The notes beneath the pieces were generated by a model. That model saw nothing but the letters and a program-made list of their open reading frames with translations. It searched no databases and was not told where the DNA came from. A DNA stretch of 64,000 nt, taken from positions 41,067-105,066 of the forward strand of contig JAWAFC010000002.1 in NCBI GenBank assembly GCA_038890815.1. Direction: 5' to 3'. Position 1 is the first letter of the stretch. Every line of letters begins with the position of its first letter. The DNA is from Candidatus Micrarchaeia archaeon. Lineage in GTDB: Archaea; Micrarchaeota; Micrarchaeia; Burarchaeales; JACRGF01. Of the stretch, positions 24,637 to 31,716 are shown one piece after another. A program made the translations under genes and the position numbers.

Positions 24637-25030
24637 TTATCAGAACCAATCGATGACTTCGTCGCTCGTAATAGGAACCTACGGTTCCTATTACCTCCCT
24701 TTTTATTTGCGCGAGGCTCGCTCCTCGTCGAATCGTTGGTTCCGATACCTCCAAACCGCGGGAACCTACGGTTCCCCCAGTTCCAGGTTCCTCCTGACCC
24801 CTCCCTTTTCCATCAATGCTTTTATCCGAGGGGGGAAGGTCAAGGACGAAGGGGGGATACTTCCCCCCTTTGTCTTATCAGAACCGCCAGCGCGGTTCCG
24901 ATACCTCCAGCAACCATTTTCCACCAATGCTTTATCCGAGGGGGGAAGGTCAAGGACGAAGGGGGGAAACCTCCCCCCTTTGTCTAGGGAAGGTCAAGGA
25001 CGAAGGGGGGATACTTCCCCCCTTTGTCTA
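24637..25030. repeat. Hairpin-rich composite repeat element, copy A (~394 bp), with an internally triplicated ~48-bp unit. It abuts the 3' end of tRNA-Thr(GGU).
   Basis: It shares modules with copy B at 33673-33980: ttatcagaaccaa..cg...cttc.tcgctcg.aataggaacc(tac/gta)ggttcctattacctccctttttatttgcgcgaggctcgctcctcgtc...tcgttggttccgat; atcagaaccgccagcgcggttccgatacctccagcaacc; and gaggggggaaggtc[a/t]aggacgaaggggggatacttcccccctttgtct (three copies in A, one in B). Confidence 0.75.
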
Positions 25031-25152
25031 AGCCCCTGGCGAGGATTGAACTCGCGACCTTGTGCTGTATGGCTTCTCGTTGGATGCTACCATGCACACG
25101 CTCTTTCGTGGAACCCGCTTTCCGCGTGGCTCTACCACTGAGCTACAGGGGC
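25031..25152 (-). tRNA. tRNA-Thr (GGU) with two introns: ~29 nt between D-arm and anticodon stem (non-canonical) and ~21 nt at 37/38
   Basis: The 122-nt gene hand-folds to a 72-nt mature tRNA. Acceptor GCCCCUG/CAGGGGC+U; D arm GCUC-AGUGGUA-GAGC; anticodon stem UGUGC/GCACA with loop AUGGUA[intron]A; T arm GCGAG-UUCAAUC-CUCGC. Confidence 0.65.
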
Positions 25153-25155
25153 GTT

Positions 25156-26463
25156 TTATTTAGTTGCAAAAGGGTTTTTGAATTCTATTGTGGCGCTACG
25201 ATCCCGGCCTACAGAGATGGCATAGATCGGCACGCCGGTCAAACGGCCCACGCGCTTTACATAGGCGCGCAACTCGGGAGGCAGCGCGCCGAATCCTTTT
25301 CTGGCGAGCCGTTGCCATTCCTCGTGTGATAGCTCTCGCCAGCCCGGCATCTCTTCATACACCGGCCTGCATTTGGCGAATTCCCGTGGGCTCGATGGAA
25401 CGCTGAACAGCCTCTTTCCTTCAAGCTCATAAGCCGTGCACATCTTGATTTTCTCAAGGCCGCCGAGCACATCGAGCTTGGTTATCACAAGGCCTGTCAA
25501 GCCATTCACGCGGGCGGCATACCGCAGCGAGACGATGTCAAGCCAGCCACACCTCCGTGGTCTGCCCGTGGTGGTGCCGAACTCAACACCTTTTGTGCGG
25601 ATCCACTCGCCGGTCTCATCGGTCAGCTCGGTGGGCACAGGGCCTTCGCCAACTCTTGAGAGGTAGGCCTTTGCCACACCAATAATCTCGTTGATGGCTG
25701 TGGGCGGAACGCCTGCCCCCGTACAGGCTCCGCCGGCAGTTGTGTTGCTGCTCGTGCCGAATGGATACAGGCCGTGGTCGATGTCGAGCATCGTGCCCTG
25801 CGCACCCTCAAACAGCACCCGCCGACCTCGTGCGAGCGCGGCGCACAGCTCGGCGCTCGCGTCACCGACGTATTTTTTCAGTCTCTCCCCGATGGCCGCG
25901 TATTCCCGGAAGATCTCCTCCTCGCTCGGAGCGATCGTCTCGCCGTAGGCCGCCAGCACCCTTTTTTTTATCTCGTACAACGTGGCCAGCTTTTCCTTGA
26001 ACACCTCCCTGTCCACGAGCTCGCACATACGTATGCCCAGGCGTGCAACCTTATCGGCATACGTTGGGCCTATGCCACGCATTGTGGTGCCCGCGCGCCA
26101 CTTTCCCTTTAGCTTCTCCTCAATGCCATCGAGCTGCTTGTGAAAAGGCAGCACAACGTGCGCGCGCTCGCTGATGAGCAGGTTTGGCTCGATGCCCTCC
26201 TCGCGCAGCTTGGCGAGCTCGACCTCGAGCAACAACTTCGGATCCACCACCACGCCGTTGCCAATGATCACCCTCTTCCCACGTATGGCGCCGCTCGGCA
26301 TGATGTGGAACTTGTGCTCGTGACCGCCAACCACAACGGTGTGGCCGGCATTGCTGCCGCCGTTGAACCGCACCACGATGTGTGCGCGCTCGGCGTAGTA
26401 GTCAACTATTTTGCCCTTGCCCTCATCACCCCACTGCGCGCCGACTACGACAACTCCGCTCAT
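25156..26463 (-). CDS. purA: Adenylosuccinate synthetase
   Basis: Start at MSGVVVVGAQWGDEGKGKIVD (P-loop-like GDEGKGK), then GNGVVVDP and GTTxRGIGP blocks. The 7-codon upstream extension in the track ORF is less likely. Confidence 0.85.
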   Translation of the reverse strand: MSGVVVVGAQWGDEGKGKIVDYYAERAHIVVRFNGGSNAGHTVVVGGHEHKFHIMPSGAIRGKRVIIGNGVVVDPKLLLEVELAKLREEGIEPNLLISERAHVVLPFHKQLDGIEEKLKGKWRAGTTMRGIGPTYADKVARLGIRMCELVDREVFKEKLATLYEIKKRVLAAYGETIAPSEEEIFREYAAIGERLKKYVGDASAELCAALARGRRVLFEGAQGTMLDIDHGLYPFGTSSNTTAGGACTGAGVPPTAINEIIGVAKAYLSRVGEGPVPTELTDETGEWIRTKGVEFGTTTGRPRRCGWLDIVSLRYAARVNGLTGLVITKLDVLGGLEKIKMCTAYELEGKRLFSVPSSPREFAKCRPVYEEMPGWRELSHEEWQRLARKGFGALPPELRAYVKRVGRLTGVPIYAISVGRDRSATIEFKNPFATK

Positions 26464-26500
26464 ACAAAAAGCTTTAACGCCCAAGCTTTAAACAATTGTC

Positions 26501-27091
26501 ATGCCCAGGGCGTCCAAAGTCCGCGTCAGGCTCAACCCTCTGCTCGCCGGGTTGGCGAGGGGCCCGCAGGTAATGCTGCCAAAAGACATCGGGCTTGTTC
26601 TGGCATACACGGGCGTGGGCAGGAACAGCACTGCGGTGGATGCCGGTACGGGCAGCGGATTTTTGGCCATAAGCCTGGCGAATGTCTGCCGCAGAGTGGT
26701 CACCTATGAGTGGAGGGAGGAATTCGTAGAGCTGGCAAGACGGAATATAGAAAAAAGCGGGCTGGCGAATATAGAGCTCAAGCATGCGAATGTTTTCGAT
26801 GGCATTGCTGAGAGGGAAGTTGACCTCGTCACCCTCGATCTGGCTAACCCAGAGCGGGCACTGCCGCACGCTGCCTGCGCGCTGAGGCAAGGGGGCTTTG
26901 TGGTGGCCTATGTGCCGCACGCCGAGCAGGCGAGCGCTTTTGTGAGAGCAGTCAGGGCAAGCGGGAGCTTTGAGGAGCCTTTTGTCCTCGAGGCCATCGT
27001 ACGCGAGTACCTCGTCAGAGAGGCTGGCTTCAGGCCTGAGAACAAGGGCATCACGCACACGGGCTATCTGTGCTTTGCGAGAAAGAGATGA
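26501..27091 (+). CDS. trmI: tRNA (adenine-N1)-methyltransferase TrmI/Gcd14-like SAM-dependent methyltransferase
   Basis: 196 aa with the SAM-binding motif VDAGTGSGFLAISLA and a DLANPE block as in archaeal TrmI. Confidence 0.6.
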   Translation: MPRASKVRVRLNPLLAGLARGPQVMLPKDIGLVLAYTGVGRNSTAVDAGTGSGFLAISLANVCRRVVTYEWREEFVELARRNIEKSGLANIELKHANVFDGIAEREVDLVTLDLANPERALPHAACALRQGGFVVAYVPHAEQASAFVRAVRASGSFEEPFVLEAIVREYLVREAGFRPENKGITHTGYLCFARKR

Positions 27092-27095
27092 TGGC

Positions 27096-27521
27096 ATGCT
27101 GGTCGTCAGGAGAGCGGTGAAAAAGGATTTTTCACGCATTCGCGCGCTCGATGTGCTGTGTGAGGGCGTGCGGCTGGCCGACGGCGAGCACACTTGGAGG
27201 GAGTGGATAGCGCACGCTGATGTGTGGGTTGCTGAAAAGGGCAGGAAGCTGCTCGGCGCGGTAGTGCTTTTTCCGACAAAGCGCGGCGACTGGTATCTCC
27301 ACAAGATTTTCGTACACCCTCGCCATAGGCACATGGGAATTGGAAGCGCGCTGCTCGCCAAGGCGCTGCCCGCCCTGAGGGGGAAGAGGATTTTCCTCAC
27401 CGTTTATCCGGGCTTTCCGGGCGCCGTGCACCTCTACAAGAAGTTCGGCTTCAGAATAAAGAGGCTGGAGAGAGGCTACTACAGGAAGAGCGAGCCGAGA
27501 TATGTCATGGAGAGGGCATAG
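27096..27521 (+). CDS. GNAT-family N-acetyltransferase
   Basis: Start at MLVVRRAVKKDF, 5 nt after the trmI stop. The acetyl-CoA-binding motif is HPRHRHMGIGSALLAKA (Q/R-x-x-G-x-G/A). Confidence 0.6.
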   Translation: MLVVRRAVKKDFSRIRALDVLCEGVRLADGEHTWREWIAHADVWVAEKGRKLLGAVVLFPTKRGDWYLHKIFVHPRHRHMGIGSALLAKALPALRGKRIFLTVYPGFPGAVHLYKKFGFRIKRLERGYYRKSEPRYVMERA

Positions 27522-27527
27522 CCTGCC

Positions 27528-28109
27528 CTACCTCTCCCTGAACCTCTTTTCGACAGTGCTCCAGTCAATGGCCTCGAAGAAAGCGGCGATGTAGTCGGCT
27601 CGCCTCAGCCCGTAGTCGAGCATGTAGGCGTGCTCAAAGACATCCATGACGAGGAGGGGCGCGCAGCCCGCGAGATGCCCAACGTCGTGCTCGCCTATCC
27701 ATGTATTGAAGAGCCTGTCTGTCTCCCTGTCATAATACAGGATGGCCCAGCCGATGCCGCGCATGCCGCCCACGCCCTTGAAGTCCTTCTCCCAGCTCTC
27801 GAGGGAACCGAAGTCCTCGACAATCTTTTTGGCAAGCCTCGCGCCTGCCTCGAGTTTCTTCCCCCCTTTTGCCATGTTTTCAAAATACAGCTCGTGCAGC
27901 CTCATGCCGTTGAACTCCCAGCCGAACCTGCGCCTGAGCTCGGCATACTCGGGCGTGCCAGGCGCGAGCGAGGCCAACGCCTCGGCTAGCTTGTTGGTAT
28001 TCGCCACATAGCCCTGGTAGAGAGTGAAGTGGTTTTTTAGCAGGGCGTCGCTGAAGCCTTTTGTTCCAAGCAGGTGCTCAAAATTTTTTGCCTCGTATGC
28101 CATCGTCAC
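27528..28109 (-). CDS. sod: Fe/Mn superoxide dismutase
   Basis: 193 aa; metal ligands sit in the conserved blocks (H in LHxxKHH-like FTLYQGYV..., DVFEHAYMLDY with D-x-W-E-H-A-Y-Y-like motif). Confidence 0.8.
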   Translation of the reverse strand: MTMAYEAKNFEHLLGTKGFSDALLKNHFTLYQGYVANTNKLAEALASLAPGTPEYAELRRRFGWEFNGMRLHELYFENMAKGGKKLEAGARLAKKIVEDFGSLESWEKDFKGVGGMRGIGWAILYYDRETDRLFNTWIGEHDVGHLAGCAPLLVMDVFEHAYMLDYGLRRADYIAAFFEAIDWSTVEKRFRER

Positions 28110-28112
28110 ACC

Positions 28113-28676
28113 CTATATCTTGCCCACCAATTCCAGGCCAGGCTTAAGAGTTTTTTGGCCCGGCCTCCACGAGACTGGACATACCTCTCCCTTGTGTTCT
28201 CTGACATACCTCGCTGCCTGAAGCTTTCTCAGGATTTCTTCGGTGTTCCTGCCTATCGCGTTTGAATGCATCTCAAAAGACTTTATCACGCCATCCGGAT
28301 CGATGATGAATGTGGCGCGCACTGAGATGCCTTCCTCCTCAATATAAGTGCCGTATTCCCTGCACACCCTGCCACCCGGGTCTGCGAGCATTGGGAACTT
28401 GACTTTCTTTATGGCCGGGGAAGTATCGTGCCAGGCTTTGTGCACGAAGACCGTATCGGTGCTGATACTCAACACCTCGGCCCCCAGCTTTTTGAACTCG
28501 TCATAGTAATGCGCGGCCTCCTCGAGCTCGGTGGGACAGATGAAGGTGAAGTCCGCTGGATAGAAAATCAGCACGACCCACTTTCCTCTGTAGTCCGATA
28601 GCCTTATCGTCTTTTCCTTCCCATCGTGAAACGCCTTCAGTTCAAACTCTGGCGCCTTCTGGTCTACCCTCAACAT
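28113..28676 (-). CDS. Peroxiredoxin (Prx/AhpC-TSA family), likely 2-Cys
   Basis: The FTFICPTELE peroxidatic-Cys motif. Start proposed at MLRVDQKAPEF (complement 28674-28676), 25 nt from the palindromic A/T box. It sits directly upstream of sod on the same strand. Confidence 0.75.
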   Translation of the reverse strand: MLRVDQKAPEFELKAFHDGKEKTIRLSDYRGKWVVLIFYPADFTFICPTELEEAAHYYDEFKKLGAEVLSISTDTVFVHKAWHDTSPAIKKVKFPMLADPGGRVCREYGTYIEEEGISVRATFIIDPDGVIKSFEMHSNAIGRNTEEILRKLQAARYVREHKGEVCPVSWRPGQKTLKPGLELVGKI

Positions 28677-28688
28677 GTCATCACCCAT

Positions 28689-28737
28689 TATCCTTTTGAA
28701 GTTAAAATTTTTAACTTTTTGGTTCGAAAAAAATACT
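28689..28737. promoter_or_regulatory. Divergent promoter region with a perfect palindromic A/T box gttaaaatttttaac (28701-28715) between the prx-sod operon and the Lrp/AsnC regulator gene
   Basis: The palindrome is ~25 nt from both the Lrp ATG (28738) and the proposed Prx start (28676). Confidence 0.4.
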
Positions 28738-29166
28738 ATGGATAGGAGAGATCTGATCATATTGAAAGCTCTTGTGGATAATGCGAGGGTCTCCTACACT
28801 GAGCTGGCCAGACGGCTACGCATCACCGAGGCTGCCGTGCGCAAGAGGGTGAAGAGGCTTGAGGCGGAGGGTGTGGTGCAGCGCTACACCGCGGTGGTGG
28901 AGCCTGTGCTGCTGGGCTTTGCCGCCGTGGCGATCGTTGGCGTGGACACGAGGCCGGACGCGCTGCTGCGGACGCATGAGGCACTGAAGCGGATTAAGAA
29001 CGTCAGATACTCGGCGCTCTCGACTGGCGACCACATGCTGTTGTTCGAGGCGTGGTGCAGAGATCAGGCCGAACTGGGCCGCCTAGTCAGGCGCGTCGCG
29101 CGCATGCCCGGCGTGACGCGCGTGTGTCCCGCCGTGCTGATGAAAAGGCGAGAGATGGCTGAGTGA
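28738..29166 (+). CDS. Lrp/AsnC-family transcriptional regulator
   Basis: MDRRDLIILKALVDNARVSYTELARRLRITEAAVRKRVKRLEAEGVV is the canonical Lrp HTH. The C-terminal RAM domain is present. Confidence 0.8.
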   Translation: MDRRDLIILKALVDNARVSYTELARRLRITEAAVRKRVKRLEAEGVVQRYTAVVEPVLLGFAAVAIVGVDTRPDALLRTHEALKRIKNVRYSALSTGDHMLLFEAWCRDQAELGRLVRRVARMPGVTRVCPAVLMKRREMAE

Positions 29167-29384
29167 ATGCAGGGGGAGTAAGGCGAGTCCACGCCTCAAA
29201 GCAGCATCCTTTTGATGCTCCTTCACGCACTACTATGTGTAGCTTTCGGCGTTTAAAAACTCTGCATCACTATAGTGCGGTGACGAGGACGGACTCGTCC
29301 ATTGCCGAAGACTATAAAGCGAAGGAGGGACAGCGCGCTTCCGGAAAATTCGAGGTATGCGAAAGTATTAATAATGCATAGTGC

Positions 29385-29645
29385 TTGCTTATATTAGTGA
29401 AAACTAATATACTCCGAGCAGTCGCTGATTCCACGCGGCTTGAGCTACTTAGAAAAATAAGCGACGGAGAAGTGTGCGCATGCGCTCTGCCGAATTGCGT
29501 TGGCGTTAGCCAGTCCGCGGTTTCCCAACACCTCAAGGTTTTGTTGGACGCGGGTTTGGTGAAAAGGCGCAAGGAGGGAGTGAAGAGGTTGTATTCGCTT
29601 TCTTCGTTGGGCAGAAAAGTTTGGAAAGACATTTCGAGGTGGTAG
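29385..29645 (+). CDS. arsR: ArsR/SmtB-family transcriptional regulator (TTG 29385 per ORF track; GTG 29397 is a plausible leaderless start)
   Basis: LRAVADSTRLELLRKISDGEVCACAL...VSQSAVSQHLKVLLDAGLVKRRKEG matches the ArsR HTH with a CxC metal(loid)-sensing site. A TATA-like gtattaataatgc lies at 29365-29377, and a 22-bp palindrome tatattagtg-aaaa-ctaatata spans 29390-29411 over the start. Confidence 0.7.
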   Translation: MLILVKTNILRAVADSTRLELLRKISDGEVCACALPNCVGVSQSAVSQHLKVLLDAGLVKRRKEGVKRLYSLSSLGRKVWKDISRW

Positions 29646-29646
29646 C

Positions 29647-29874
29647 GTGAGAGTGGAAATTCTTGGTGGCGGTTGCGCCAACTGCAAGAAACTTGAAGAA
29701 AACGTGAGGGCCGCGCTGGCAAAAAAAGGAGTCAATGCAGAGGTAGTTAAAGTGACTGACTTCGGCGAAATAGCGTCTTACGGCGTCCTGCGCACGCCTG
29801 CACTGGCGATAGATGGCAAAGTAGTGGCGGAAGGAAGAATTCCCTCCGTTGAAGAAATAGCAAAGATGTTGTGA
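29647..29874 (+). CDS. Small thioredoxin-fold (redox-active disulfide protein 2-like) protein
   Basis: 75 aa with a GGCANCKK CxxC motif and thioredoxin-fold length. It is sandwiched in the ars-like operon. Confidence 0.6.
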   Translation: MRVEILGGGCANCKKLEENVRAALAKKGVNAEVVKVTDFGEIASYGVLRTPALAIDGKVVAEGRIPSVEEIAKML

Positions 29875-30839
29875 AGCGAATGGGCGCGCTCGAAGACTTT
29901 GGTGCATGGGTTGTTTACGGCGTACTTGGCATGGCCCGTGACAATCCGTTTGCCGAAGCGCTGAATTTTTTCATCTACGACAACATCAAGATATTCCTGT
30001 TGTTGTTCGGAATAACTTTTGTCGTCGGTATAATCCGCAGTTTCATTACGCCCCAGAAAATAAGGGATTTTCTCGCCAGCAGGAAAAACGGGTCGGGAAA
30101 CGTCTTGGCCGCGTTGCTTGGAATACCCACTCCCTTCTGTAGTTGCTCGGTGATTCCGTTGTTCATCGGCTTCATTCGCGCCGGCGTTCCCCTCGGAATA
30201 ACCTTTTCTTTTCTCATCGCGTCTCCGCTCATAAACGAAGTGGCGGTAGTTCTCTTGCTTGGCTTGGTGGGGTGGGAAGTGACGGCGCTTTACATTGGCA
30301 TCGGGTTTGTCGTCGCCGTCGTGGCTGGATTTGTTTTGGGAAAGCTCGGCTTGGAAGACCAGATAGAAGTTTTTGTCAAAGCGTCCCAAGTCAAGTCTGC
30401 TGGCGACGAAAAACGTTTGACGTGGAGAGAACGCGCGCGTACTGCTCTCGAAGAAAGCAAGACCATTACTAGGCAAGTCGCGCCGTACATAATCGTCGGC
30501 ATTGCAGTGGGCGCTCTTATTCACGGCTATGTGCCGCAGGAATTTTTTCTGCAGTACGCCGGCCCCGGCAATCCTTTCGCTGTGCCCGTAGCCGTGTTGA
30601 TAGGAATTCCCCTGTACTCCAATGCCGCAGGAACAATTCCAATTATTCAGGCACTGATGACAAAGGGAATGGCGACGGGAACTGCGTTGGTGCTCATGAT
30701 GTCCATCACCGCCCTGTCTTTTCCACAGTTGCTGATTCTGCGGAAAGTCGTGAAAACAAAACTCCTTGTTTACCTGGTTGTGATATTGGCGGTTTCTTTC
30801 ATGCTGATAGGATACTTGTTTAACGCAATACTACAATGA
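29871..30839 (+). CDS. arsP: ArsP-type permease (organoarsenical efflux permease family, COG0701)
   Basis: 322 aa, ~8 TM helices, and the TPFCSCSVIP motif corresponding to the conserved TPFcSCS signature of ArsP. Confidence 0.65.
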   Translation: MKRMGALEDFGAWVVYGVLGMARDNPFAEALNFFIYDNIKIFLLLFGITFVVGIIRSFITPQKIRDFLASRKNGSGNVLAALLGIPTPFCSCSVIPLFIGFIRAGVPLGITFSFLIASPLINEVAVVLLLGLVGWEVTALYIGIGFVVAVVAGFVLGKLGLEDQIEVFVKASQVKSAGDEKRLTWRERARTALEESKTITRQVAPYIIVGIAVGALIHGYVPQEFFLQYAGPGNPFAVPVAVLIGIPLYSNAAGTIPIIQALMTKGMATGTALVLMMSITALSFPQLLILRKVVKTKLLVYLVVILAVSFMLIGYLFNAILQ

Positions 30840-30851
30840 CGGTGGTTTTAG

Positions 30852-30937
30852 TGCAGGGGGAGAGATTTGAACTCTCGAAGGCCCTGAGGCCACAGGGTCT
30901 TAAGCCCCGCGCTTTTTCCTGGCTCAGCCACCCCTGC
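30852..30937 (-). tRNA. tRNA-Leu (UAA), no intron
   Basis: 86 nt. Acceptor GCAGGGG/CCCCUGC+A; anticodon arm CGGGG-CUUAAGA-CCCUG; long variable arm (GGCC-UCA-GGCC hairpin); T arm GAGAG-UUCAAAU-CUCUC. Confidence 0.75.
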
Positions 30938-30953
30938 AAAAAATGAGCGCTTG

Positions 30954-31685
30954 TTAGCCATACATGGGCCCGAGCTCGCCGGTCTCCCTGTATTTCTGGT
31001 GGGCTGTCTTGGCGTGCTCGAGAATCTCCTTTATCTTTGTCTCGATGTTCCTAGCCTCGGCTATCAGCTCCTTGGTCTCGATGGGCAGGCCCGTGATGTC
31101 GCGCACGGCATCGAGCACCATGGCGGCACCTCTCGGATCTAAATACTCTGGCTTTGCCTCTGCGAGCAGCGAGATGGCGGGGAAGCCCTGGATGGCGGCC
31201 TCGGCCATGAGCACGCCAGACACGCCGGTTGTCGCGCCCTCTTTGATAAGCCGCACGCCGGCCGCCTCCAAACGCCTGAGCAGTTCCCTGTTGGTGGCTA
31301 TGCCAAACACCTCATCTTGCTCTCCCCTGATGCCTATGCCACCTACCGAGATGATCTCCCTCACCCCCCGCCTCTTGCTCCAGGCCAGAATCTCGTGGGC
31401 CAGCTCATGCACCGTACTGAGGGGCACGATGAACTCGCTGAAAAGCACAATGAGATTGAGCTTCTTGCTCTTGTAGATGCGCGCTGGGTGCAGCGGCTGG
31501 TACTCGTGTACGGCTGCGATGGGCGGAAAGCGCTCGCTGGCGATGTAGCCCAGCAGCTCCATGTCAAACTTCTCCACAAGGTAGGAGGCCGCAATCGTCC
31601 CCACGAGGCCGATGCCCGGAAAGCCCTCGATGAGCAGTGGCCTGTTGAGATCAAACTTGCTCGTCTCGATAATCCGCACTGGCAT
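30954..31685 (-). CDS. PAC2-family protein (proteasome-assembly-chaperone-like, COG1938)
   Basis: 243 aa. The N-terminal LIEGFPGIGLVGTIAASYLVEKFDMELLGYIASERFPP matches the PAC2/PbaA family N-terminal block. Confidence 0.55.
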   Translation of the reverse strand: MPVRIIETSKFDLNRPLLIEGFPGIGLVGTIAASYLVEKFDMELLGYIASERFPPIAAVHEYQPLHPARIYKSKKLNLIVLFSEFIVPLSTVHELAHEILAWSKRRGVREIISVGGIGIRGEQDEVFGIATNRELLRRLEAAGVRLIKEGATTGVSGVLMAEAAIQGFPAISLLAEAKPEYLDPRGAAMVLDAVRDITGLPIETKELIAEARNIETKIKEILEHAKTAHQKYRETGELGPMYG

Positions 31686-31716
31686 GGTGGAGAATTGGGC
31701 AAGGATTTATAAAAGG

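Noticed and set aside
24637-25030. CRISPR array hypothesis for the repeat region
   Set aside because: No regular alternation of constant repeats with unique spacers. The units are heterogeneous modules with internal palindromes, and an identical composite copy occurs 8.6 kb away without any array structure.
24653-25329. Several overlapping plus-strand ORFs (162, 83, 71 and 101 aa) with reiterated RGEGQGRRGDTSPLCL peptides
   Set aside because: They merely translate the tandem DNA repeat units and run through the tRNA-Thr gene. There is no start context, and the peptide repetition mirrors the nucleotide repeats.
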